Of a DNA stretch of 64,000 nt, positions 38,325 to 47,226 are shown one piece after another. The notes below the pieces were generated by a model. The model did not search any database. It saw only the letters and a program-made list of their open reading frames with translations, and had not been told where the DNA came from. Numbering within the stretch: position 1 is the first letter of the stretch; each line of letters starts with the position of its first letter. The stretch spans positions 32,001 through 96,000 of the forward strand of contig JAUVNS010000007.1 of assembly GCA_030599585.1 (NCBI GenBank). The letters are read 5' to 3'. This stretch comes from Promethearchaeota archaeon. GTDB taxonomy: Archaea > Asgardarchaeota > Lokiarchaeia > Sigyniarchaeales > SOKP01. Both the position numbers and the translations under genes were made by a program.

Positions 38325-38530
38325 TTTTTTTTCCTAAAATTGTATAAAAATATGACTGTTGAATCTATTTTATTTCAAAGTATATATATATGTATTTGAG
38401 CTTTTAATCGGTAAAAAAATCATTTTACCAGTAAAATTTTGTATGAGTTCTCTCTCTCTTTTCCTCTTAAATCCACTTAACTAAAAAAGAAATTTAAAAA
38501 GAAAAGAAAAAAATAATAATTTTTTAGAAT

Positions 38531-39532
38531 CTATAATTTTTTAACAATTACATCTGCCAATCGGTTAGAATATCCCATTTCATTATCGTACCAAGATACG
38601 ACAGAAATTAAATTACCGATTACTTTTGTCCATAAGGAACAATAAATTGAACTTGCAGGATTTCCTATAATATCACTACTTACTATAGGGTCATCTGTAT
38701 ACTCTAAAATTCCTTTTAGGTAAGTTTCAGAAGCAGCTTTCATTTTAGCGTTTATATCTTCAACTGTAGGTGGATTTTCTACTACCGCTTTTAAATCTAC
38801 GCAACTTCCGTCTGGAACAGGAACTCTCATAGCAATTCCGTCTATTTTCCCATTCAATTCAGGAAAAACAAGACCTATAGCTTTTGCTGCTCCTGTAGAT
38901 GTTGGAATAATGTTTTGTGCTGCCGCTCGACCTCTAATCATCTTAATTGGGGCTCCCGCTACAGCAGTATCAACAGTTTTTTGTGGACCTGTATAGCCAT
39001 GTATCGTAGTCATGATTCCTTTGTTAATTTTGTAGTTCTCGTGTAAAACTTTTACGATTGGCGCGAGACAGTTCGTTGTACAAGAAGCGTTTGAAACAAT
39101 TATATGTTCTTCAGTAAGCTTATCATCATTGCATCCTAGAACTACTGTAAAATCCGGATTAGTTGCAGGAGCACTAATCAGAACTTTTTTTGCTCCCGCA
39201 TCTAAATGTTTTTGAGCTCCTTCTCGTTTTATAAAAAATCCTGTGGATTCAACAACTACATCTATATTATTACTTGCATGTGGTAAATTCGCTGGATCTC
39301 TCTCTGCTGTTACTGGAATTCTTTTTCCGTCTACGATTAAAGCTTTATCTTCATATTCTACAGTTCCTGGCCATTTTCCTTGGACTGTATCGTATTTCAA
39401 TACATAAGCTAAATATTTTGGTTCAAAAAGATCGTTAATTGAAACAATCTCAATCCCAGGGTTGCCCCAAGCAGCTCTAAAGAATAATCGGCCGATTCTA
39501 CCAAATCCGTTAATTGCAACTCGTTTTGCCAT
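38531..39532 (-). CDS. gap: Glyceraldehyde-3-phosphate dehydrogenase, class I (bacterial/eukaryotic type)
   Basis: AINGFGRIGR, VESTG, SNASCTTNCLAP, STGAAKA, WYDNE. Confidence 0.96.
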   Translation of the reverse strand: MAKRVAINGFGRIGRLFFRAAWGNPGIEIVSINDLFEPKYLAYVLKYDTVQGKWPGTVEYEDKALIVDGKRIPVTAERDPANLPHASNNIDVVVESTGFFIKREGAQKHLDAGAKKVLISAPATNPDFTVVLGCNDDKLTEEHIIVSNASCTTNCLAPIVKVLHENYKINKGIMTTIHGYTGPQKTVDTAVAGAPIKMIRGRAAAQNIIPTSTGAAKAIGLVFPELNGKIDGIAMRVPVPDGSCVDLKAVVENPPTVEDINAKMKAASETYLKGILEYTDDPIVSSDIIGNPASSIYCSLWTKVIGNLISVVSWYDNEMGYSNRLADVIVKKL

Positions 39533-39788
39533 TTATTTTCACTTTTGTTATTAATTCGCGTTCTTTTTAATTAAAAATATAATTAATTATGTGTTCGCTA
39601 GTTTTTTAATTTTTTAGTTTTAGATTTCTTAACATCAAACTATATATTAGAATGGATTTAGAGATATTTTTATGGAAAATAAAGAAAAAATTGTGCTCCA
39701 AAAAATTGATGAAATGCACAACGAGATATTTCGCCAATTACATTGAAATGGGTAAGGAAGGTGGCCGATCTTATAAAATCAGGGCTAA

Positions 39789-40460
39789 TTATAATTTTTG
39801 CATTATACAAAAAACTGATTGAAAACTTTTAGGACTAGCTTTAACTATATCTATCTCGGTTTGATGTATATTCAACACCTCAAGAGCGGCCGGATCGTTA
39901 CTATACTTTTTATATAATTCCTTGACTCTAATCTCAAGTGGACTATAATATTCTTCCCACCAAGCTTCCTCTGGCAAAGAAAAGTGTTCAATCATTTTAT
40001 ATCCACAGCTAGCAACTTTATCGCGTTTTTTGAAAAAGTGTTTAATTTCGTCGTGAATTACCATGAAACCCTTAGGTTTAAGGATCCTATTCCATCCTCT
40101 TAGACTTTTTTCGACACCCAGACTTGTTATTGAACCTTCAGCCCAAATGATATCGAAACTATTGTCTGGAAATTTAATGTCTATCAGGGAGCATTTAATT
40201 GCCTTAACTCTATTAGTCAAGCCTTTTTGTTCAATTTTTCTACTTAATCTGTCCAAACTTTCTTGATCTATATCAATGCCTATTACTTCACCATCGCTTA
40301 ATTTTGCTAATTCTATGGTGGGAACTCCCGAACCACAACCAATGTCTAATATCCGGGGTTTTTCTAATTTTGGAAGTTTTCGAAAAGCTTTTATCGTATA
40401 CTTGTTAAAGACTTTTCTAAAGTGATCTAAATCAAGCTCAATTAACATTTCTTCAGACAT
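39789..40460 (-). CDS. Class I SAM-dependent methyltransferase
   Basis: ILDIGCGSG, FDIIWAEGS, LKPKG. Confidence 0.9.
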   Translation of the reverse strand: MSEEMLIELDLDHFRKVFNKYTIKAFRKLPKLEKPRILDIGCGSGVPTIELAKLSDGEVIGIDIDQESLDRLSRKIEQKGLTNRVKAIKCSLIDIKFPDNSFDIIWAEGSITSLGVEKSLRGWNRILKPKGFMVIHDEIKHFFKKRDKVASCGYKMIEHFSLPEEAWWEEYYSPLEIRVKELYKKYSNDPAALEVLNIHQTEIDIVKASPKSFQSVFCIMQKL

Positions 40461-40553
40461 GAGTTATCAATCCAATGCAATTATAAGTAAACTACTCATT
40501 TAAATGTCGTGGATAAAAGTTAGATTAAAATAAAAGTTTAAGATTGCACTTAA

Positions 40554-41015
40554 TCAAGATGTTTTACTGCTTAGTTTTTCTTTTAAATTAGTTAACGCAC
40601 CTGACCACGCTTTTTCAAAATAATCACGAGCTTTTTGCCATTCGGGATCGTCTCTCCAACCAGAGTGGAAGAGAAAGAGCGTAGTTTTTTTCGGATCAGC
40701 AGAATTAGAAGAAAAAACGACTACTACATGTGTCAGTGGATCACAGAAATTCATAAAAGATTGAAACATTTCTGGACCTTTCCATTCGAATGAAATAAAC
40801 TTATCAATTTCGATGCTTGTAATCTTACAACCTATTGTGCTATTAATTTCCCGATTCGGAGGGGTCCAAAATAGTTCGTATTTACCACCAACTTTTGGAT
40901 CAACCTCAGCTTTCTCAGGCAACCACGATTCTAATTTCTCGTTAATTGTGAAGAAATTGAATGCTTCATGAACACCACAATCTAATTCAATTTCAATCTG
41001 AATAATATTTTGCAT
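40554..41015 (-). CDS. SRPBCC / Aha1-like domain protein
   Basis: LESW, DPKVGGKY, ISFEW, HSGW, terminal W..AL..L helix. Confidence 0.85.
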   Translation of the reverse strand: MQNIIQIEIELDCGVHEAFNFFTINEKLESWLPEKAEVDPKVGGKYELFWTPPNREINSTIGCKITSIEIDKFISFEWKGPEMFQSFMNFCDPLTHVVVVFSSNSADPKKTTLFLFHSGWRDDPEWQKARDYFEKAWSGALTNLKEKLSSKTS

Positions 41016-41069
41016 TATATTCGCTTTAAAGTAGATTAACTATTTAAAAGTAATTTAAATTTTAATATT

Positions 41070-41759
41070 TTAATAGATAAATGGTATTAGTTTTTTGCTT
41101 TTCTTTTTGTAATTAGTGAATTCTTCTCCAAAAGCCTCATAAAGAAGTCTTTCTTCCTCATCTATTCTCATTTTAAACACGATAAAATAGAAAATCGAAA
41201 CGAATAAAAGCGTGATAATACTTCTAAAAACTAAACCGAACCCAATAACAGCTATTAATGCCCCCGAATACATTGGATTGCGAATATGTTTGTAAACTCC
41301 TTCGGTATAAAGCTTATGGTCTTCTTCCGTTATTAATTCACCTGAACCGAACTTGCCAAGCTGTAGTCGTCCTACAATAACTAAGATACCTGCTGAAAGA
41401 TAAATGACAAATCCAATATAACTAACCACAAGATTATCCCAGAATGGTAGTATCGTTGAGATTAGTAGCTTATTTTCATAAAAAGCAGCAATTAATAAGA
41501 ATGGAGATAAGAAAAACATCAATAATATTAAGAAATCATATATTTTTGAAGGATTTCTCTCTTTCGTTAGAGGGCGTATCAATGAATCTGCAAGAGCAAT
41601 TACATAATTAGTTAGCAAATATAAAACATAAATGGGTGCTGAATAAATTTCTGGAACCAGGAGAATATAGAATATATTTGGATACGTAATCTGCAATATT
41701 AAAAATAGTAAGATTTTCTTGCCAATATCTTTCATTTTTATTATCTCCTCATAATGCAA
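41070..41759 (-). CDS. Isoprenylcysteine carboxyl methyltransferase (ICMT/PEMT) family membrane protein
   Basis: HKLYTEGVYKHIRNPMYSG, EEERLL..FGEEF..Y, LIPFIY. Confidence 0.88.
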   Translation of the reverse strand: MHYEEIIKMKDIGKKILLFLILQITYPNIFYILLVPEIYSAPIYVLYLLTNYVIALADSLIRPLTKERNPSKIYDFLILLMFFLSPFLLIAAFYENKLLISTILPFWDNLVVSYIGFVIYLSAGILVIVGRLQLGKFGSGELITEEDHKLYTEGVYKHIRNPMYSGALIAVIGFGLVFRSIITLLFVSIFYFIVFKMRIDEEERLLYEAFGEEFTNYKKKSKKLIPFIY

Positions 41760-41832
41760 TTGTAATTTGCTGATCTATATAGAGAAACTAAAGAATAAAA
41801 AATATGTTGAAAATAATAAAAATTACTAAAAA

Positions 41833-42609
41833 TTAGGTTTCTTCTTCTTCCTCTCTAAATTCCTTGCCTAGTAACCGCATAACGGAATCAGCAAGCTTAT
41901 TTTGGCTGCGACTCATGATTCCTTTAATCTTCCCCTCTTTTCCAAGAACACGTAGCATAATACCATTCCATACGGAGGAAGGATTGCCTTTAACTTTCAT
42001 GAATTGATCTCTGTGTATCTCAACACTAATATTGTCGTAGTTTTTGGAAGCGTCTGTGCATTTAAAACACAAAATACATTTATCTATGTCTACTGCTATG
42101 TCCTTTCCTTCACGCGACATTGCGTCTACAGCACATTCCTTAGTAAAAGCGTCAATTACTTTGGCATTTTTCTCAGAGCAATTAAATTTAATTGAACCGT
42201 GAACTACTTTGCGAACCTTGTGACCATTTTCTAAAGTGCGAACTTCTTCGTCAAATTCGGCAAGAGATCCATTTTCCACTAATAGGATCTTATTTTCCCC
42301 ATTGATTAGCAATTCTAAAGTATATCCCGGACATATCCACGTACAACTACCGCACCAGATACACTTTTCCGTGTCTACGACAATTTTCTTGTCGGATTCG
42401 ATTCTCATTTCCTCTGGTGTTCCGATAGCGGTTCGTTTTAATGGTTCGTCGTATATAGATATAGTAACAGGACAAACTCTATGACAAAATCCGCACTCAA
42501 CGCATTTACTTTCGTCGTATTTAAGGACACTTTCATGCGAGAGCATTTTATACATGTAATGAGTAATATTCTCGTCAATCTCGATTGTTTTCTTAGCTGG
42601 TAACGACAT
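41833..42609 (-). CDS. Polyferredoxin, FwdF-like 4Fe-4S protein
   Basis: CVECGFCHRVCP, CIWCGSCTWICP, and a degenerate CILCFKC. Confidence 0.8.
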   Translation of the reverse strand: MSLPAKKTIEIDENITHYMYKMLSHESVLKYDESKCVECGFCHRVCPVTISIYDEPLKRTAIGTPEEMRIESDKKIVVDTEKCIWCGSCTWICPGYTLELLINGENKILLVENGSLAEFDEEVRTLENGHKVRKVVHGSIKFNCSEKNAKVIDAFTKECAVDAMSREGKDIAVDIDKCILCFKCTDASKNYDNISVEIHRDQFMKVKGNPSSVWNGIMLRVLGKEGKIKGIMSRSQNKLADSVMRLLGKEFREEEEET

Positions 42610-42699
42610 AATCCTTCACTTTTATTTTTCTTTCTTTAATTAAAAATATTTTTTTGTATTTTTAAGAATTTATATCCAAACTTTTTGACCAAATTAGAA

Positions 42700-43839
42700 T
42701 TACGTTTTTTCTAATTCCATTTGACTAATCGCTTTACCAGACCTAAACGGTATATCCTCTAGACTCTCACCAGCGCTGTAACCAAATTTTTCCTTAAAGG
42801 AATCGTTTAACGATTGGAAGTAAAGCGATAATGGAAGATGTTGTGGGCAATTATTATCACAATTACCGCATTCTATGCACCGGTCGGCAACATGAGCAAT
42901 CCTTGTTAATTGATAAGATTCCTTGTTGATTATCTTTTCTTTCCGTTTCTTCATTAGAATGCAATCAACGCAGTAGCATACTGGACATCCACGAATGCAC
43001 ATATTACACATTGTACATTTTTGGAACCTTTCCAATTTATCTTCCTGAGAAAGCTTGTCCCATTCTTCTAAATCCTTTGTTCTTTTTGCTAAAGCAGTAT
43101 CTTTGATTTTTTTAAGTGCTTCGGAGTGTTTTGTTCTCATATCCTCAGGTAATGGTTTTTTGTTGATCTTTGATTTTTCTACGAGATCAGCACCTTTATC
43201 TGAATATACTATTAGGACAATTTCGTCTGAATCAATAGGTAATACAAGATCGCTAACACTGATATCGGCAACAACAGGGACTTTTCGATTACAACGGGCG
43301 CAGTTTTCTGAGATTTCTAATCCGACTTCTTTTGAGCTCCCATCTTCAAATTTAAGAATTAATCCATTGTCGCCTACTTTTTCTTTGGTTACTTTAGTCA
43401 AGTCGAGTCCTTCTACTTTCTTCAATTGACGCGAAGCATTTATTACCATCCCTCTGTCCTCAAAGCCAACAATAAAAAGATTATCCATATTAATTTGTCT
43501 AATCTTTGCTAGCTCAATTATTCCGCGAGTATCACAGGGACGAGCAATAACTCCAACTTTTTCGTTCTTAGCCCCATCAACTGATTTATGTAAGAATTTC
43601 GCAGCTGTATCCGTTCTAGCGTATCCATATGCAATTAAATTTGTTAAAGGAAAAGTTGTAAGATCTTCTGACTTTTCAACAATAACTGGAGACACTGTAA
43701 ATCTATCTATAGCCCCAGATTTCTTATCTACTTTTAATTTTGCTCCAATAATCTTATCTACAAATTTTTCTTGCAAGAGCGTAGCTAATAGCTTAGGAAA
43801 ATCTTCAATTTTAATTAAATATTCATCTAATGCATCCAT
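42700..43839 (-). CDS. FdhB/FlxC-like protein (FrhB-like domain plus 2x[4Fe-4S])
   Basis: ARPCDTRGIIELAKIRQIN, CARC, ADIS, CTMCNMCIRGCPVCYCVDC, CIECGNCDNNCP. Confidence 0.8.
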   Translation of the reverse strand: MDALDEYLIKIEDFPKLLATLLQEKFVDKIIGAKLKVDKKSGAIDRFTVSPVIVEKSEDLTTFPLTNLIAYGYARTDTAAKFLHKSVDGAKNEKVGVIARPCDTRGIIELAKIRQINMDNLFIVGFEDRGMVINASRQLKKVEGLDLTKVTKEKVGDNGLILKFEDGSSKEVGLEISENCARCNRKVPVVADISVSDLVLPIDSDEIVLIVYSDKGADLVEKSKINKKPLPEDMRTKHSEALKKIKDTALAKRTKDLEEWDKLSQEDKLERFQKCTMCNMCIRGCPVCYCVDCILMKKRKEKIINKESYQLTRIAHVADRCIECGNCDNNCPQHLPLSLYFQSLNDSFKEKFGYSAGESLEDIPFRSGKAISQMELEKT

Positions 43840-43918
43840 GTTAAAAACTTTTTTTCAATTTTTTTATTAAATTATTTTTTTATATTTTTAATAACTATTA
43901 CTTTTTAAAATTTCTTTT

Positions 43919-43991
43919 ATGTGTTGTATGGTGCTTCCATTTCTTCAGCTGAATTCTCGTTTTTTTAACTCAGCTTCATCAGTTAACACAT
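43919..43991 (-). promoter_or_regulatory. Eukaryote-type SECIS element in the 3' UTR of mvhD
   Basis: Minus strand: helix I AUGUGUU/AACACAU; core AUGA...GA; helix II AGCUGAGUU/AAUUCAGCU (9 bp, one G-U); apical loop AAAAAAACGAG. Starts 5 nt after the mvhD stop. Confidence 0.85.
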
Positions 43992-43996
43992 TTATT

Positions 43997-44443
43997 TTAA
44001 GCTTTCGCTTTTTTTGTTGGTGTGCTGTCTTTGGTTTTTAGTGGACTAGGTCCTAATTTTTGTATAAGTTTATCGAATTTTATCACTTCTTGTTGAAACT
44101 TTTGCCCCTCGGCTGCGGTACAATACCCAAACATTATCCGTTCTTCACTGAGTCCCATAGATTTGAGCACTTCTTTTAAATACTCAACTTGCCGGTAAGC
44201 AACATAGTTCCCCGTTTCATAATCGCATTCTTTAGGATATCATCCAACAATCATTACGCCATCAGCGCCTCTACCAAACGATCGCATGACCATATCGGAA
44301 CCAATTCTACCGGAACACGGAACTAAAACCACTCTGATAGATAAGGGATACTGAGCGCGAATAGTTCCAGCCATATCAGCGGAACCATAGCCTCATTTGT
44401 AGCAAAGAAATGCTATAATTTTAATGTCTTGTTCTTCTGCCAT
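43997..44443 (-). CDS. mvhD: MvhD/VhuD [2Fe-2S] subunit, selenoprotein with 2 Sec (148 aa); absent from the ORF track
   Basis: Manual translation: MAEEQDIKIIAFLCYKUGYGSADMAG...VPCSGRIG...GADGVMIVGUYPKECDYETGN...CTAAEG...LGPSP. UGA at 44393-44395 (codon 17) and 44240-44242 (codon 68); GAGGT RBS; TAA stop. Confidence 0.93.
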
Positions 44444-44456
44444 TTCTATTACCTCT

Positions 44457-46433
44457 CTATTCCTCCATTGGTAGTAATTCGTCAATTAATGCCATATACT
44501 GATCGTCTCTAAAGTAAGTCAGTTCAATTGCTTTCGATGGACAAATTGCTGTGCAAGATCCGCAACCACGACATTTAATGATGTCAACAACTAACGCACC
44601 AATTTCATTTACAGAAATTGCGTAATATGGACAGATCTCAATGCATTTATAACATTTCGCACATCTTTCATCTATTGGAGTAGCACGAATTAATTCCATC
44701 GTATGTTCGCCTCTGCCCATAGGAATACTAGCAGCAGATGCAGCACCTCTTGCTTGACTTACGGCTTTATCAATTTCTTTTTGTCCTTGAGCCGAGCCTG
44801 CGATATAAATACCCATAGTTTTTGTGCTAATTGGATCTAATCGAGGATGAAATTCTTTTAAAAATCCATCAGGACTTTTCTCCATCTTCATTACTTTAGC
44901 GATTTCTAGGGTACCCTTAGAAGGGAGCGATGCAGACGATAGAACTACCATATGAGCATCCATGGTAACTACTGTATCTGTTCCAACTGGTTCAAACTTA
45001 ACCGTTAAATTCTTCGTTAATGGATCTTCTTGGATTTCTCCAACTAATCCTTTAAGAAATATTATTCCGGCTTCTCTTGAACGTCTATAGTATTCTTCGT
45101 AATCTTTACCGGCGCATCTCATATCTATATATGTACATACGATATCTGAATCAGGGTACTCCGATTTAATTAATTTAGAGTTTTTTAGCGATAGATTGCA
45201 GCATATTACCGAGCAATAAGCGTTTTTCGATACATCTCTACTCCCTACACAATTAATAAACAAGATTTTTGTAGGGCGTTTTCCGTCAGAAGGTCGTTTT
45301 AAGTGTCCGAATGTGGGCCCGTTGGGGGCTAATATTCTTTCTAGTTGAATTTGGTTGATTACATTTTCATATGTTCCATAACCATAATCATCACCTTCGT
45401 AGATGTCCCAACCCGTTGCTACTACTATTGTTCCCACTTCAAGATCTAGAAATTCATCTTGAATGCTAAAATCGATTGAATCTTCTTCGCAAGCATCAAC
45501 ACAAGCAAAACATTCAACACAAGTTTCTCGATTTATATCATAAATCGCAGGAACTGCCTGAGCAAAAGCGATGTCAATACATTTTCTAGCAGATAATCCT
45601 TCGTCAAAACTGTTAGGGATGAAAATTGGGCAAACTTCAGTACAAGCTCCACATCCGGTACATGTTTTCTCACTTACAAATCGGGAGTTCCTTTTAACTT
45701 TTATTCTGAAGTTTCCAATGTATCCATCGACTTCCACGACTTCGGAGTATGATAGGATCTCGATATTTGGATGACGATTTGCCTCCAACATTTTAGGACC
45801 GAGAATTCATATCGAACAATCGTCAGTTGGGAAAGTTCTATCTAACTGGCTCATTCTTCCGCCAATAGTAGTATTCTTTTCAACTAAGTACACTTTAAAT
45901 CCTTTGTCTCCTAAATCTATAGCAGTTGACAACCCCGCAATACCACCCCCTACTACTAGAGCAGCAGGTGTTACAGGAACGGTTTTAGTAGGTACGTTTT
46001 CTAATAGTCTTGATCGTGCTATTCCTGCCCTTATAAGTTCGATAGCTTTTTTAACGGCTTTTTCTCTTACTTCAAGAGCTTGGTGAACGAAACTACAGTG
46101 TTCTCTGATATTTACAAATTCTAAATATCTTGGAGGGAGGCCTGCTTCAGTTAAAATTGCGTGAAAGACAGGTTGATGAGTTTTTGGAGTACACGCAGCA
46201 ACAACGATTCTTTCGAGTCTAAATTCCTCGATCTGTTCCTTGATATACTCTGATCCACCCTCAGTTCACATAGACATATACTCGAAAGCTTTGACACCTT
46301 CTAATTTATTGAGTTCTTCGACAATTCCAGGTACGTCTAGTATTCCAGCGATATTAATACCTCACCGACACACAAATACACCAACAACTGATTTCTTAGT
46401 GTTATTATTATCCTTGGTCTGATTTCCAGACAT
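44457..46433 (-). CDS. hdrA: Heterodisulfide reductase subunit A, selenoprotein with 3 Sec (658 aa)
   Basis: Continuous frame from ATG 46433: GVFVCRUGINIAG, YMSMUTEGG, AACTPKTH, NIREHCSFVH, VGGGIAG, DRTFPTDDCSIUILGPKM, then the ORF-track 444 aa. UGA at 46362-64, 46266-68 and 45807-09; TAG stop. Confidence 0.93.
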
Positions 46434-46500
46434 TTTTTACACCTTGGTTTATATATCCTCCTAATTATTCAAGAGTCTATACTTTTCTAATAGCTTCTTT

Positions 46501-46544
46501 ATAGTTCTTAATACATTTTAATTATGTATGTAAAATAGTTCTTA
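46501..46544. promoter_or_regulatory. Candidate operator upstream of hdrA
   Basis: ATAGTTCTTA at 46501 and 46535 flanking the palindrome ATACAT-N7-ATGTAT (46511-46529). Confidence 0.35.
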
Positions 46545-46664
46545 TTATTAAAATTCAATTATTATCAGTTTTAAATCGATTATTATAACATTTACTCTTA
46601 AAGTGAAGTAACATAAATTTCTAATATTGAATAAAAAAATAAAAATAGATAAAAAAATAGTTAA

Positions 46665-47222
46665 TTATTTTCCGCCAAATTCAGTGACGTCACCAAACAA
46701 ACGCCTCACAGCATCTATTCTGGTTTCTTCACCAATTTGTTCGACATTTTTCAACGCTATGGCTTCTTTTGGGCAAACCGCAATACATTGAGGCTCTGTT
46801 TTTCCAACTTCAGGATCAATGAAATCTTCCTTCATACCATCGCAAAGGTCACAAATAAGAGCATTCTGGGTGTCGATGTGTAAATTTATAACTCCAAAAT
46901 CGCAAGCGCGGATACAATAAGCACATCCATTACACTTATCATCATCTACGATTATAGATCCTGTCTCTTCATTTTTCGACAATGCCTTTTCGGGACAACT
47001 TCGAATACATGGTGCGTCCTCACATTTTTGGCACGCTAGAGCGATGTTAAAAACTGGTTCAATTCGGACTCTATGAATTCGGGTGTTAATAGGATTAAAT
47101 TCGCCATCGTGGACAAATGAGCATACTGATTCGCATGTTTCGCATCCGGTACATAAATCTGGATCAATAATTATAAATTGATGCATCTTTCCCCCGCGTT
47201 TCTTCAAGGATGATCTTGACAT
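46665..47222 (-). CDS. 4x[4Fe-4S] ferredoxin-like subunit (DmsB/CooF/AorA type)
   Basis: CTGCETCESVC, CQKCEDAPCIRSCP, CNGCAYCIRAC, CDLC...CIAVCP; 4 nt downstream of AOR. Confidence 0.9.
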   Translation of the reverse strand: MSRSSLKKRGGKMHQFIIIDPDLCTGCETCESVCSFVHDGEFNPINTRIHRVRIEPVFNIALACQKCEDAPCIRSCPEKALSKNEETGSIIVDDDKCNGCAYCIRACDFGVINLHIDTQNALICDLCDGMKEDFIDPEVGKTEPQCIAVCPKEAIALKNVEQIGEETRIDAVRRLFGDVTEFGGK

Positions 47223-47226
47223 TTTC

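Noticed and set aside
39672-39746. 24-codon ORF MENKEKIVLQKIDEMHNEIFRQLH, resembling a peptidase N-terminus remnant
   Set aside because: Too short to support without a search.
44457-45791. ORF-track call of a 444-aa HdrA
   Set aside because: It starts after the FAD-binding GGGIAG motif; the real gene extends to 46433 through three UGAs.
43997-46433. hdrA and mvhD as pseudogenes with nonsense mutations
   Set aside because: All five stops are TGA at conserved Cys/Sec positions, there are no frameshifts, and a SECIS-like hairpin follows.
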